Shown here piece by piece: positions 1-13,287 of a stretch of DNA of 64,000 nucleotides. Below the pieces are notes generated by a model. It saw only the letters and a list, made by a program, of their open reading frames with translations, was not told the origin of the DNA and did not search any database. Position numbers and translations under genes: made by a program. Source of the stretch: Octopus vulgaris (taxonomy: Eukaryota); assembly GCA_951406725.2 (NCBI GenBank), contig OX597817.1, forward strand, positions 29,326,001 through 29,390,000, written 5' to 3'. Position 1 is the stretch's first letter. Every line of letters begins with the position of its first letter.

Positions 1-108
1 AGATTTGCTATTGTATACAAATGCTAGATATGCTAATGTCTAATATGTTCTGCAGGCAATGTTTTGAATGAAAATTATGGATAATACACATACTCACATG
101 TGAGCATA

Positions 109-111
<3 letters not shown>

Positions 112-158
<47 letters not shown>

Positions 159-167
159 CGCACACAC
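112..167. repeat. (CA)n microsatellite
   Basis: Direct CA run; source of the spurious CVCV ORF. Confidence 0.95.
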
Positions 168-219
168 AAACATACATTGTGGAAATATTTGAGTGTATCT
201 ATGTAAATGTGTGCTTTGT

Positions 220-560
220 GCAATAGGAAAGATGGAGCATAAACTCTACTAGGCTCTTAGTGGGTGAGGGACAAATTACTAACTTTTCTGTATAGGTAGC
301 AGTGATGGATGGTGTAGATATATGCTTGGCAGAGAAATGGGCAGACAAAGTGCTCAAGATAGTCAGAATGTGTGTGATTGTTCAGCTAATATTTGTATTA
401 GATTATACAACAATAACATTAATCTTGACACATGCTCCACAAGCTGGACTAGCAGAAGAACTGAAGGACCATTTCTACACGCCTTTCTGCAGATTACCTT
501 GATTATGGATGACAAAGATCTTCTCATGGCTGGTAATTTCAAAGGACATTTTGGGTAGTG
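220..560 (+). pseudogene. RTE-type LINE AP-endonuclease fragment (degraded)
   Basis: Translation GVDICLAEKWADKVLKIVR...TITLILTHAPQAGLAEELKDHFY, then after a frameshift DKDLLMAGNFKGHFG; resembles APE motifs GVGI..., YAPQ and GDFNGH.G. Confidence 0.8.
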
Positions 561-1119
561 CTCCAAAAGTGTTATATGACAAAAATGTATCTTGAATCCT
601 TAAATGTAGGGACAAGAAAACAAGCAAGGTCTTCGCCTGAACTCAGAAGTGAATGACTAATGAAGCAAAGTCAAAAAAGAAGAAATAAGATACAGAAATG
701 TGTATTTGAATATTACTATATAAGGAGGAATGAAAATATAGAAATATGTATTTGAATATGTGTCCTTATAAAAATGCAGTTGTGATGTTCTACAGGTTTT
801 TTTTTGATAAGGAGTTATTTCCCCCGCAGAACACTTAATAGCACACGACAGGAACAGTAACGGGATATAAATCCTGGTCTTTTGGAATGCAGGTGGAAAG
901 AGTTTCTTGTTGTGCGGTTCCCCGTGGTACATTATAATTCAGACTTTGACATGTTGTTCATTGTGTTATGCTTTAATCTATAGATTATTTTTGTAGGATG
1001 GCTGGTCTCATAGGTCATTGCTCTTTAATGTGAATCTGATCCTACCAGCAAAGAAGACATTCCATCTGGCTTGAGTTTTTGAACTGTTCTTAGACAGATA
1101 AAGCAGTAAATATTCTGTA

Positions 1120-2045
1120 TGGGGCACTAGAGACATTTTCCAAAGACACCAGTGCCACCAAGACACTAAAAAGACTGGAGAAATATGTAAAGTGAGTGTA
1201 ATTGATATTCGTTACAGAAGATGTAACCTCTTATGCTAAAACGAAAGGTCTTATACAGATATGGAGTGGTGATGATTCCGTGACTCTCTTCAACCCTGGT
1301 GGCAAAGTCAAAACAGAAGATTCTTTAAGCCAAGCCAAAGAAAACATCAAGGATGATTTGAAAGTGATCACAAATCAGTTATAACCTATGCACAAACTCT
1401 TCTACCTCAGGGAAGCAAGAATGTTTTGGACTTGTACCCTTAGGCTTTAGAGAAAAACATGAGATGCCCACTGTGGAACTATAGGCCAAAATGTATGGTA
1501 AGAGATGCCCTCACCATGCAAGCCTCAAACTCCTGCCTTTGGAAGAAAGCCAAACTACAAGACAGACCTGGTTATGAAACACTCATTAGACTGGGGTGTA
1601 CTCTTGAGAGAACTGACAAGCAAGTAGCTTGTACGTTGCAAGTGGAGCCTGTGTTCCATTAAAACTCCTTATATGACCTACAAGAGAGTTACCTGTGAAT
1701 AATGTGAGTATGAGAAAGAAAAGGCAAAAAAATGTGTAGTTTGTGGGGAGAATGGACACTTTGCAAAGGCTAGGGTTTGCAGTGGGAAAAGGCTAGGCCA
1801 TAAGATATCAGACATAAAGGATTCTGCTCCAGATAGCAACAACTCAGATTCCAGCAACTGCAGCATAGACGATGATGTGTGTCAAATACTTGTGGGATCT
1901 GTAGCCTCAGATATGTCAAGGTACAATGGAATTGTGAAAGTCTTTGTAAATGTCAGGGAGACATTCAAACGAGACAATTCTGGTTGTAGTAAAACTCTGA
2001 ATAGCATTAGTGAATTCAAAAGACTGAATTGTAAGCAGTCAATTT
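1120..2045 (+). pseudogene. Ty3/Gypsy-like gag-protease relic
   Basis: Frame from 1682 reads TCE*CEY..KKCVVCGENGHFAKARVC (zinc-knuckle-like), then VKVFVN..FKRDNSGCSKTL (D-S-G aspartic-protease-like); upstream gag-like KGLIQIWSG and VRDAL segments; stops and frameshifts, no LTR seen. Confidence 0.65.
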
Positions 2046-2270
2046 TATCCAACTAATGCTATGCTGTCAGGTTTTTGCTGTTCAAGAAGTCAGTCCATTC
2101 TAAATTCTAAATTTATGTATATGTGCCTATAGATTCTGTTATAAAGTTAATAACCAACTCTTGTAAAAGCACAGACATTGATCCTCAATTTCTATGGAAT
2201 CCAGTGTATTAAACTACAACTGATCTCTTTTAAGAACTTCTACTATATATATATGAACATGCATGTGATT

Positions 2271-2935
2271 CATCATCATTATCATCATTTAACATCTGCT
2301 TTCCATGCTAGCATGAGTTGGACGATTTGACTGAAGACTGGCGAACCAGATCGCTGTACCAGGCTCCAATCTGATCTGGCAGAGTTTCTACAGCTGGATG
2401 CCCTTCCTAATGCTAACCACTGTGAGAGTGTAGTGGGTGCTTTTACATGCCACCAGCATGATGGCCAGTCAGGCGATGTTGGCAATGGCCATGCTCAAAT
2501 GGTGTTTTTTACATGTCACCTGCACAGGAGCCAGTCCCGTGGCATTGGCAACGACCTCGTTCAAATGTTTTTCATGTGCCACCAGCACAAGTGCCAGTAG
2601 GTTGACGCTGGTAATGATCACGTTCGAATGGTGCATTTTACGTGCCACCAGCACAGAAGCCAGTCAGCTTCTCTGGCAATGATCATGCTCAGATGGTGCT
2701 ATTAGTGCATCATTGGCACGGGTACCAGTAATCGAATTTAATTCGATTTCGATTTCACTTGCCTCAACAGGTCTTCACAAGTAGAGTTTAATGGCCAATG
2801 AAGGAAAGATACGCATAAGTGGGCTGGTTACACCCCTGGCATAGGCCACATATTATGGTCTCACTTGGCTTGCCAGGTCTTCTCACACACAGCATATTTC
2901 CATCCAAAGGTCTCAGTCACTAGTCTTTGCCTTGT
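2271..2935 (-). mobile_element. RTE LINE 3' end (family C), 5'-truncated
   Basis: (CAT)n tail at left; conserved ctacagctggatgcccttcctaa block; internal gtgccacc-gcac repeat array; homologous to 25363-26080, which retains RTE coding sequence. Confidence 0.85.
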
Positions 2936-3245
2936 AACCCTAAAATAATTATTCCACAATAAATGAGAATACAAAAGAAACAACACATGCTAAATGAAAA
3001 CCAGCAATGGTAATGTGTTTTGTTGAGGTATGAGCCATATCCAGTTATTTTGTTATTATCCTATTTATCAAACTATTGCTCCAGCTGTCCACCACCTATC
3101 ATTCACAGCCAACTGTATATTTACTTGTCTTTCATTATTCCTTCATTTCAGTATTCATCCATTTATTTACCCCCAATTGCACTCTGGTTGAGCAATAATA
3201 TACATAAGCATGAATTGAACAATACCAATATTACGAGTATGATAA

Positions 3246-3820
3246 GGCAGTGAACTTGCCGAATTGTTAGCACACTGGGCAAAAAGCTTAACAGAATTTC
3301 ACTTTTGATGTTCTGAGTTCAAATTCTGCCGAGGCTGATTGTGCCTTTCATCCTTTTGGGGTTGATAAAATAAGTATCAGTTGAACACTGGGGGGTCGAT
3401 ATTATCGACTTACCCCCTCCTCTGAACTTGCTGGCCTTGTGCCAAAATTTGAAATCAATATTATTTATATGGACACAAGAATAAGAATATGTTTGGGAAT
3501 AGTTTTATTCTCCATATGCATTTATTGTGTATACATTCGTTTAAAAAATCCAGCAGTCTATAATCCAGAACTACGCACCAATGAGATGGAGCTATCCACT
3601 ATACAACCACCTTTAAGCATTTCACTTTTGACGTTCTGAGTTCAAATTCTGCCAAGGCTGATTGTGTCTTTCATCCTTTTGGGGTTGATAAAATAAGTAT
3701 CAGTTGAATACTGGAGGGGGGGGGGGGGTTCAATATTATCGACTTACCCCCTCCTCTGAACTTGCTGGCCTTGTGCCAAAATTTGAAATCAATATTATTC
3801 ATATGGACGCAAGAATAAGC
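3246..3820 (+). mobile_element. Two diverged SINE family B copies (local duplication including 3' flank)
   Basis: ttctgagttcaaattctgcc...cctttcatccttttggggttgataaaataagtatcag at ~3310 and ~3635, both followed by atggacRcaagaataag. Confidence 0.75.
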
Positions 3821-4229
3821 AGATGTGAAAAAAAAAGTTATGTGCTTGCAAACTTACTAACCATGTGTAAGTTATCCTCCTTTAATTATCAATCTCTGAT
3901 ACTTAACTGAATTTCATTATTTATGCTTCATTTTTGTAATCTACATGAAATATTCCTTACTCGTATCACATCAATTTATGCTGGCCAATTAGAAATAACA
4001 TTCTGTCCGCCATATTGTTTGCAGTTGTATGCCTTCAACCAAAATGGCTGACTGCTGATTCAAACATATTTTAGAAGTGTTTACTCACTTGATAAAACTC
4101 AGACTTTCAGTCACTTTTGGTTCATGTAATAAATAAATTATTTATAATCTCCTCCAACACTGTATACTTTTTTTATCATCCATAATCAATAACAAATATA
4201 ATTATATATATATATATATGTATGTATGT

Positions 4230-4575
4230 AGTGGCTGTGTGGTAAGTAGCTTGCTTACCAGCCACATGGTTCTGGGTTCAGTCCCACTGCTTGACACCTT
4301 GGGCAAGGGTAATCTACTAAAGCCTCAGGCTGATCAAAGACTTGTTAGTGGATTTGGTAGGCGGAAACTTATATATATATATGTGTGTGTGTGTGTGTAT
4401 GTGTGTGTGTTTATTTCCCCACCATCGCTTGACAACCGATGCTGGTGTGTTTATGTTCCCATGGCTTAGTAGTTTAGCAAAAAAACCCGAAAGAATAAGT
4501 CCTAGGGTTGATTTGTTTGACTAAAGGTGGTGTTCCAGCATGGCCACAGTCAAATGACTGAAAAGAATAAAAGAA
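4230..4575 (+). mobile_element. SINE family A (tRNA head, CORE-like block, CR1-like tail)
   Basis: A box tggctgtgtgg, B box ggttcagtccc, ccttgggcaag, internal TA/TG microsatellite, tail ccagcatggccacagtcaaatgactgaaa. Confidence 0.85.
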
Positions 4576-4597
4576 TATATGTATACACACACACACA

Positions 4598-5025
4598 TCA
4601 TCATCATTATTTAACATCACTTGTCACTTTTCTATGAGGTAGGTTTCTCTACAGCCTGAGGCCATTCCTCTAGCTAAACCTTACCAGTTTTCAAGCAAGG
4701 TAATATTTCCTTATAGCCAGACATTTTTTTTATGGAAGACTGGAAAATGAACAACCTCGCTTGTATGACAATGACACTCATTTACAGCCATCACATGATG
4801 TCTAGACAAGGGTATACATAAGCACATACAAAAGCATCCTACACACATATACATACATCACAAGAGGCATGCTTCTTTCAGTTTCCATTTATCAAGCCAC
4901 TCACAAGGCTTTGGTTTGCCTGGATCTATAATGGAAGACATCTAACCAAGGTGCAATGCAGTGGAATTCAACTCAAGACTACAAAGTTAAGAAGCAAGCC
5001 TCTTTACCACTCAGCCATGTCCGTG
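4598..5025 (-). mobile_element. Old SINE with family A head but RTE-like (GAT)n tail
   Basis: 4865-5025 is the reverse complement of a diverged family A head; 4598-4800 is a different body ending in catcatcatt. Confidence 0.6.
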
Positions 5026-5147
5026 CCTATAGATTCTGTCTTCTGTAGAGTTAGTAACCAACTCTTGTAAAAGCACAGACATTGATCCTCAATTTCTATG
5101 GAATCCAATGTATTAAACTACAACTGGTCTCTTTTAAGAACTTCTAC

Positions 5148-5642
5148 GATATATATATATATATATATATATTCACACACACACATATATCCACATACAT
5201 CCACACATATGACTACATGCATTTAAATGCGAGTATGTGTATATATACATACATACACATACACACATACATATTCACACACGCACACATATATATATAT
5301 ATCCACATACATACACACATATATAACTACTACATAGATTTAAGTGCAAGTATGTGTATATATGTATATATACATACATACACACACACATATATATATA
5401 TTCACACACATAACTACTTACATTTAAGTGCAAGTATGTGTATATGTGTATATATACATACACATATATATATATATATATGAATATATTCATATATATA
5501 TATACACATACATACATATACACATGCATATATATATCTATATATATATATATACATATATGTGTGTGTATATATGTATATGTGCGTGTATGTATATCTA
5601 CATATATGAATGTATATATTTGTGCATGTGTATGCGTATATG
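5148..5642. repeat. Compound (TA)/(CA)/(TG) microsatellite with 3 short degenerate units
   Basis: actacatRcatttaaRtgcRagtatgtg repeated about 3 times within TA/CA runs. Confidence 0.85.
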
Positions 5643-6084
5643 TCTCACAGACAATGTCAGTTCTCAAAGAAAAAATGGCCACTTGATGGACCAGTGTAAC
5701 TGTACGATAGAATCAAAAGTCACACACACACCCATACGCGTACACACACTCACAGACATATGCATACAATTCATTTCATTTTCACACACATACACGCATA
5801 TATTCACGTTGTTTGAGATAGCATAGACAACAAAATATGTTTCTTGGTTTGACTCTCTCTCTCTCCAAAGTATTAAAACACCTTCGCTAGCGTCCTTTCA
5901 ACGTTTGTATTCTTGCAAAACTCAAGTCTAATCAAGTGTTCACGTTTTCGACAAGAATACATCAGAACCACTGGAGTTCTGTCTCCAGAAAGAGATAGGA
6001 AAACAAGTTCAAAGAATTTATCAGTTAGTCACTTCAGTCTTAACCTAGTTATTCTTAAAAGAAAGGCAGAGATAGCAAAAGACT

Positions 6085-6366
6085 GAGAAAGAGTGAATGA
6101 GAGGGAGAGAGAGTGAATGAGAGAGAAAGAGAGAGATAGAGAGAGAACGAGAGAGAGAGAGAGAAAGAGTGAATGAGAGAGAGAGAGAGAAAGAGTGAAT
6201 GAGAGAGAGAGAGAGAAAGAGTGAATGAAAGAGAGAGAGAAAGAGTGAATGAGAGAGAGAGGGAAAGAATGAATGAGAGAGAAAGAGAGAGAGAGAGAAA
6301 GAGTGAATGAGAGAGAGAGAAAAAGTGAATGAGAGAGAGAGAGAGAGAATAAGAGAGAGAGAGAGA
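6085..6366. repeat. (GA)n / GAGTGAAT compound repeat
   Basis: Direct reading. Confidence 0.9.
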
Positions 6367-7199
6367 GGTAAATGAGAAAGATTTTAGACAACTAAAATGA
6401 AAATATCTCCATGCTTTTTTTTATTCCTGCTTATCTTTCATCTTATTCTATTTTTGTATTATTATTATTGTTTTTTTTTTCCTTTTCTCTAATTTTTATC
6501 TTTGCTATCTTAGTGTTCCTCTAATTTTCTAAACCTCTGTGATATCAGAAGTTAAGAGACACAAGCATCATTTTTAGTAAATAGTAAGTTGACTATCTCT
6601 TTCAAATTTCATCTTTGTTGCTAATTCTCTTCTTCCTTCCACCTACTTGTTAATTCTTTTTTATTTTTTTCTTCTTTTTACCTACTGAGATTAAGTTGAA
6701 AGTGAGGTGATTCCAGTTTTAATGCAGAGATGCTGAAATAAAGGTTATGTGTTCTAACTTAGCAGAAGGCTTTGCATTTGTAAGGCAAATTATATTATTT
6801 TATTGCTCAGGTTTGGCCTTTCTGAAAATAAACACTACAATTAATTCTCAATAGATTTGTTGCTATTTCAAAAGCCATCAAACTGTAGTAAAAGTGTATT
6901 CTACTCATTTATACGAATGCTGCAATATTAAGACTTCCCATTTTGATGTTGAGTTGGTAAATGTAAGCACAATGGAAATGAAAGAAAAGAAACTAATATG
7001 AATTTCTATTATTATGGTTGTAGACACATAAATGCATACGCATACAGTTTTAATTATATTGCTTCTTTAGAAGAATTAACTAAAAGGACCAGATATTGAA
7101 CAGTTAGATAATAAGTTCTGATTTTAAATTTATAACAAGTGTTGCCTTTCTTCTTTGATAAAATTACTTATATTTTAAACCTGGGTTCCTATTCTTCTT

Positions 7200-7285
7200 A
7201 TTATTATTCAGGTCACTGCCTGGAATCGAACTCGGAATCTTGGGGTTAGTATCCCACTCTCTTAACCACTACGCCATATTCCCAT
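7200..7285 (-). mobile_element. tRNA-derived segment (SINE-like head / tRNA pseudogene)
   Basis: Minus strand tggcgtagtggttaag (A box) ... gagttcgattcc (B box) followed by an aataataag tail; acceptor stem not intact. Confidence 0.6.
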
Positions 7286-7480
7286 GGGCAATTATGGAGT
7301 GAATTTCAGGACTTATAAATCTAATATTCTCCTATCCTAGTTCCCATATGCTATTCATATCTGCACTCGGTCTGCTTAGGAGGTTGTTGTGTCCCACAGG
7401 GGGAGATGGTCTCTATTTTTCCATAATGTAAATAATATACATAATTCTTCATCTCTTAAATACAGAACTGTATTTATATA

Positions 7481-7870
7481 GGTGTAGATGTGGCTGTGGG
7501 ATTGAGAAGCTAGCTTCCCAACCACATGGTTCCAAGTTCAGTCCCACTATGTGTCATTTTGGGTAAGTGTCTTCTGTAGTTCTGAGCTGACCACAACTTT
7601 GAGAGTGGATTTGGTAGACAAAAACTGAAAGGAGCACGCACACACACACACACACACACACACATGTATATGCATGTGTGTATCCACATGTGTATGTGTA
7701 TGTCTGTAAGTTGTTTCTTTCTCTTGACATTATACAATAGTTGTAAATAAGTGCCACCATCATATAACAGTGTCCTTCATTTCCCATGTCTTGTGAAAAT
7801 GTTTAACCACGGAGAAATATTGCCTAATTTGGAAACAGGTGGGGTTTGGCATCTGGCTTTAAAAAAATCT
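7481..7870 (+). mobile_element. Old SINE, family A head with alternative body
   Basis: gtggctgtgggattgagaagctagcttcccaaccacatggttcc head; 3' body resembles the 4598-4800 body. Confidence 0.6.
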
Positions 7871-8185
7871 GCAACATGTCAATTTGAGCTGACTAACTGG
7901 AAGATCATATTCCATCTGACATATTGTTTGTTGTTGTAAGTCTTTAACCAAATTGGTCCACTGATAATTCAGCTCCATCTACACATAATGAAACTCAAGA
8001 ATTTCAACCAGTTTTGCTTCTTGCAGATCCAATAAAATAACATATTTAATTAGTGAAGTAATGTCCCCTTTTAAAGTTTCTGAAATTTATGTGAAGAAAG
8101 GCAGTTAACCTGAATACTTGCAACAGAGTGGACTCCACTAAAGGTACCTCCGCCCCCAAAGACAATTGGTAGTGTTAAACTTGGT

Positions 8186-8722
8186 ATTGGTTTAAGTCTA
8201 CGACCCAAGAACAAGAACAGTCACTATAATGGGCTCTTACATAGTTTCTTATTTCTTTATTGCCCACAAAGGGTTAAACATAGAAGGGACAAACTAGGAC
8301 AGACAAAGGGATTAAGTCGATTACATCGACCCCAGTGCATAACTGGCATTTAATTTATCGACCCCGATAGATTGAAAGGCAAAGTCGTCCTCGGCGGAAT
8401 TTGAACTCAGAACCTAATGGCAGACGAAATACTGCAAAGCATTTCGCCTGACATGCTAATGTTTCTGCCAGCTTGCCTCCTTAAAGCCAGCTTGCTTTAT
8501 TGCATACAAGGGGCTAAACATAGAGGGGACAAGCAAGGACAGACAAAGGGATTAAGTTGATTACATCGACCCCAGTGCATAACTGGCATTTAATTTATCG
8601 ACCCCGATAGGATGAAAGGCAAAGTCGACCTCGACGGAATATGAACTCAGAACGTAGTGGCAGGCGAAATACCACTAAGGATTTCGCCCGGCATGCTAAT
8701 GATTCTGCCAGCTCACTGCCTT
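8186..8722 (-). mobile_element. Two tandem SINE family B copies
   Basis: Two successive ctttattgc..acaa..ggctaaacatagag...gaaaggcaaagtcg...tctgccagct units. Confidence 0.9.
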
Positions 8723-9670
8723 AAATAGTTTCTGTCTACCAGGTCTCTCTCACAAAGCTTTTGATAACATAAGGATAAGAGGATAAGATAGAAAATATTT
8801 ACTCAAGGGGTTGTGCAGCAGGATCAAATACCATTTAGGCAGGATCAAATTCCATTTAGTTACAGAAGCAAAATTTTCAAGTATGCATCAATCTCTGCAC
8901 TTTACTGAAGAAGCAATTTATGTATTAAAACTGGTGATTTATCAAGCATCAATTTCATGAATGATTGTGATAACTATTAGTATTTTTGCTGATGAAGCAT
9001 GAAGCTCTATTTGTTAGTTTTAAGTGTAATAATCAAATCACTAACAGACAATTTCTTAGTTTACATTTCTTCATTGTCTGCCTTGAGGTAAACTTTTGTT
9101 ATAACTCTGTTTAGCTCAGGTTATTTGCCTGGAAAGAGCACAATACCTTCATCACTTTAATTTGTTAAGTTCTCTCCTCTCTCTCCTGTGTCATTATTAA
9201 CAAGAAATGTTATTAATGCTAATGACTTTTCTCCTCATTATGATGCAGTTTTAATTAATTAATGATTCTTTTTAGCACACTACATTAAATATGTTATTGC
9301 ATACTTAAATAAATGTTCTTCATGCAAATGGTGTCCCACGAGAAATTTCCCACAGTTACTCCTTGGTTTCTACCATTGGGACATGGCTTTTTTTTGTAAT
9401 TACAAATCCATTTAAGATCTCTTGAGAAAATCACACTAGGGTGAAAAATCCTGATTGCTTACTCTCAGCTCATTAGAAGATTTAAACCCAGCTACCTAAT
9501 GAAGCATTCAGCTTTGCTGAGTACCTCTGCTTTCTGTTGTAAGCCATGGCTACTCATGCAAATAATTTTCAGTTTAATAGACTGAGTTATTGGAAAGTAA
9601 CAGTGTAATGCTTTGGATTGCATATAAACCATTTCTCTTTTAGGTGGTAGTTTAAATTATTATCAACATG

Positions 9671-9903
9671 GGCAACGAGCAGGCAGAAACGTTAGCACAC
9701 TGGGCAAAATGCTTAGCGGTATTTCGTCTGTTGCTACGTTCTGAGTTCAAATTCCACCGAGGTCGACTTTGCCTTTCATACTTTTGGGGTCGATAAATAA
9801 AGCACCAGTTGAGCTCTGGGTTCGATGTAATCAACTTAATCCCTTTGTCTGTCCTTGTTTGTCCCTTCTATGTTTAGCCCCTTGTGGGCAATAAAGAAAT
9901 AAT
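9671..9903 (+). mobile_element. SINE family B (tRNA-like head, Meta/MESC-like central domain)
   Basis: B box gagttcaaattcc; gaggtcgactttgcctttcat..ttttggggtcgataaa; flanked by TSD tattatcaacat. Confidence 0.9.
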
Positions 9904-10698
9904 ATTATCAACATCTAGCAATATCTAGACCAATTCTTTTGAGATTAAGAAAATATCTGAACTAGTAAAATCACCTAACCCTGTTGAACAAGTTCAGATG
10001 TCTGAAATATTTGCCGAATAACTGAATAGTTATTAAAGTTCTGAATTTCATCTGGAGAATGATTGGGGTAAAATACATATGAATCCAGACTGCATGAGAG
10101 CCTAAAATTGAGCTTTATTATACTTGATATAGTAAGCTCAGAAATTTTAATTAAAATTAAACTTTTAAATTGATTAACTCTTTTTCGTTATAACATCAAA
10201 TACAAATCAACAAAAAAAAAAGCAAACTATGCTAAAGCAGTGTTTCTCAAACTAATAAACATCAACCAACGAACTGACCGACCAACCAACTAGATTAGGC
10301 ACAAGGCCAGCAATTTTGTTGGAAGAGTTTTTAGTCAATACTATCTATCTCATCAATACTATCAATATTTCGTTTTGGGATTTGGTTTGCAAGATTCTTT
10401 ATACGAGTTCGTGTGTTGAAGCATATTCTGTTGTGTCTGTTAGAAGGCACAAAAAGAAAATGACTCTCCCCAGAAACAACAGAATACTATCAATATTTTA
10501 TTGATTCTGAAAGGATGAAAGGCAAAGTTGTCCTCAGCAGGGCTTTAACTCATGACATAAAGAACCAGAATAAACACAGCAAGGCATTTTTTCTTACAAT
10601 TCTGTTAATCCATCCATCTCCAAAGTAAGTGACATCGTTGCTCTTCCATACACTTCATTAATGTGTAACCAAAACTGATTTGACATCAATAAAATTCT

Positions 10699-11097
10699 AC
10701 TGTGTGGTAAGTAGCTTGCTAACCAACCACATGGTTCCGGGTTCAGTCCCACTGCGTGGCATCTTGGGCAAGTGTCTTCTGCTATAGCCCCAGGCTGACC
10801 AATGCCTTGTGAGTGGATTTGGTAGACGGAAATGGAAAGAAGCCTGTCGTATATATGTATATATATATATAAGCGTGTGTGTATATGTTTGTGTGTCTGT
10901 GTTTGTCCCCCTAGCATTGCTTGACAATCGATGCTGGTGTGTTTATGTCCCCGTCACTTAGCGGTTTGGCAAAAGAGACCGATAGAATAAGTACTGGGCT
11001 TACAATGAATAAGTCCCGGGGTTGAGTTGCTCGATTAAAGGCGGTGCTCCAGCATGGTCGCAGTCAAATGACTGAAACAAGTAAAAGAGTAAAAGAG
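10699..11097 (+). mobile_element. SINE family A, near full length
   Basis: Matches the other family A copies, ends in gtaaaagagtaaaagag. Confidence 0.9.
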
Positions 11098-11188
11098 AGA
11101 GAGTTATCTGTAATGATGGTGGAGAAGTTTAGAAAAGTCAACAAAAAACATCTTAATTTTATGGTAATGACTGTTCCATTTACAATCT

Positions 11189-11250
11189 CCACTGCTGCCC
11201 CCAGCAGACCTGCATTCGTCCACTGCTGCCCCCAGCAGACCTGCATTCGT
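11189..11250. repeat. 31-bp perfect tandem duplication
   Basis: ccactgctgcccccagcagacctgcattcgt x2. Confidence 0.9.
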
Positions 11251-12454
11251 TTCTTGGGAAACATTGTCCTTGAGCACTCTTTATTTCGAATTTCATTTGT
11301 CTTATATACAACATGCCTACAACAAATGTATAACTGGTTCTGATTGTAATGTAACATATAAACAGGTAATAAAATTGATGGTTTGGTGGTCGATATTGCT
11401 TACGTTAAATCCCCTCACATTAAGAATGTAAACAAGTTTAAAAAAAACAAAAGAAAAAAGCAAAGCACAGAACGCATCATTCATGTTCTCAATAGGAAAA
11501 TAGAAAGTTTGTTAATAGCATTAAGATTTTGTTGTGGACACTTAAATACTTAGAAGAGATAAAAATCTATGACAATATTTTCTTTCTCTCACTGAATTTT
11601 TATTTCAGCTTGTTGCTCTTGGATCCCAATCAACATTAGTATATCATTCTATTCCACCATACTTCCTGCTACATTATTGGGGCCAGATTTAAATTAGTAT
11701 TGATACTAATGAGTCAATCAAGTGTACTAGTTACCATGCTTATCTACTGTCTTGGCTCTCCTTTCTTTCTTTCTCTGCTCATGACTGAATACACTTGAGC
11801 TTGTGCCAAATTTCAGAATTGGAAAAAGATCATATATAATTAGTATTCAGATTGAATGCAATTTATATCTGATGTTTTGTAACCCACAGTACTCCACTGC
11901 AAATGTGTCCTTTATATAATGTGTTTAGAAGGAAGAGAAGAATATTCTTCTTGAAGTTAACACAGTGGGGGAACTTAAGCTAGCTACCGTTCATCGATGT
12001 AGTTTTACATCTTATAATTTCTTATGCAGCAATAAAATTCAAGACACAATCCGATTCATCTTTTCAGCATCATTTAACTTCTTAGACAGCTTGCTTGGTA
12101 GGAGCAGTGGTAATTAGGGCTATTCAGCTTTATCAGAAACAATAACAACAGAAGCAACACCAACAAAAACAACAACTATAACGTGCTCACCTAATTCCTA
12201 ATCATACTCAATAATTCACAGATGCTGGAAGATAAATTGAAAATAGATAAAATTGATCAATTTTGAGGAAAGTCTAATTGTTTTGAGATTAACTGTTGTG
12301 CCAGCTTAGCCTGTTTTTGTTTCTTGAACTATTAATTTAATCCTACTGAAATGTGCATAATGTATAAAAGCAATAAAACCTTGCATTAAAAATAAAGGTT
12401 CTTTGCTGAAATCCAACTGAAAGTCAGATGCATGTAAGTATGTATGTATGTACC

Positions 12455-12860
12455 TTATTTCTTTATTGCCCACAAGGGGCTAAACATAGAGGGGACAGAC
12501 AAAGGGATTAAGTCAATTATATCGACCCCAGTGCATAACTAGAACTTAATCTATCGAACCTGAAAGGATGAAAGGCAAAGTCGATCTCGGCAGGATTTGA
12601 ACTCAGAACACAGCAGCAGACGAAATACCTATTTCTTTTCTACCCACAAGGGGCTAAACACAGAGAAGACAAACAAGGACAGACAAACGGATTAAGTCGA
12701 TTATATCGACCCCAGTGCATAACTGGTATTTAATTTATCGACCCCGAAAGGATGAACGGCAAAGTCAACCGCGGTGGAATTTGAACTCAGAATGTAATGG
12801 CAGACGTAATACCGCTAAGCATTTCGCCTGGCATGCTAACGTTTCTGCCAGCTCGCCACC
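12455..12860 (-). mobile_element. Two tandem SINE family B copies (left one 5'-truncated)
   Basis: Two family B tails at ~12455 and ~12630. Confidence 0.85.
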
Positions 12861-13287
12861 TTTCTATGTATGTATGTATGTATGTGTGTGTGTATGTGTG
12901 TGTGTATGTATGTATGTATGCATGTGTGTGTATGTGCATGTATGTATGTGTGAATTTATGAGGGCTTGTCACACAGTGGTTACAGTGTTGCGATCATGAT
13001 CTCCAGGGTTGTGGTTGATTCCCAGACCAGGTGGCGTATTCCTGTATTCTTGAGTAAAACACCACATTTCTTCTTGCTTTGCAAATGCTTCAGCCTCTAA
13101 TGATGTGGCACCCCATGCACCTGTACAGACAATGTTGGTTCAATGAAGAGAGTGAAATAATATACAACTCAAACATTTGATCACAATAAACATATCATCT
13201 GTGCAAATTGTTTTGCAAAAAGTTGCATAACCATCATCTGTTGCTTACTACAAAAGAGTCCACCACTTGTGTGTGTGTGTGTGTGAT

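Noticed and set aside
775-840. Possible hammerhead on the minus strand (tgttc...TAgaaca)
   Set aside because: Neither CTGANGA nor GAAA is retained; too degenerate to support.
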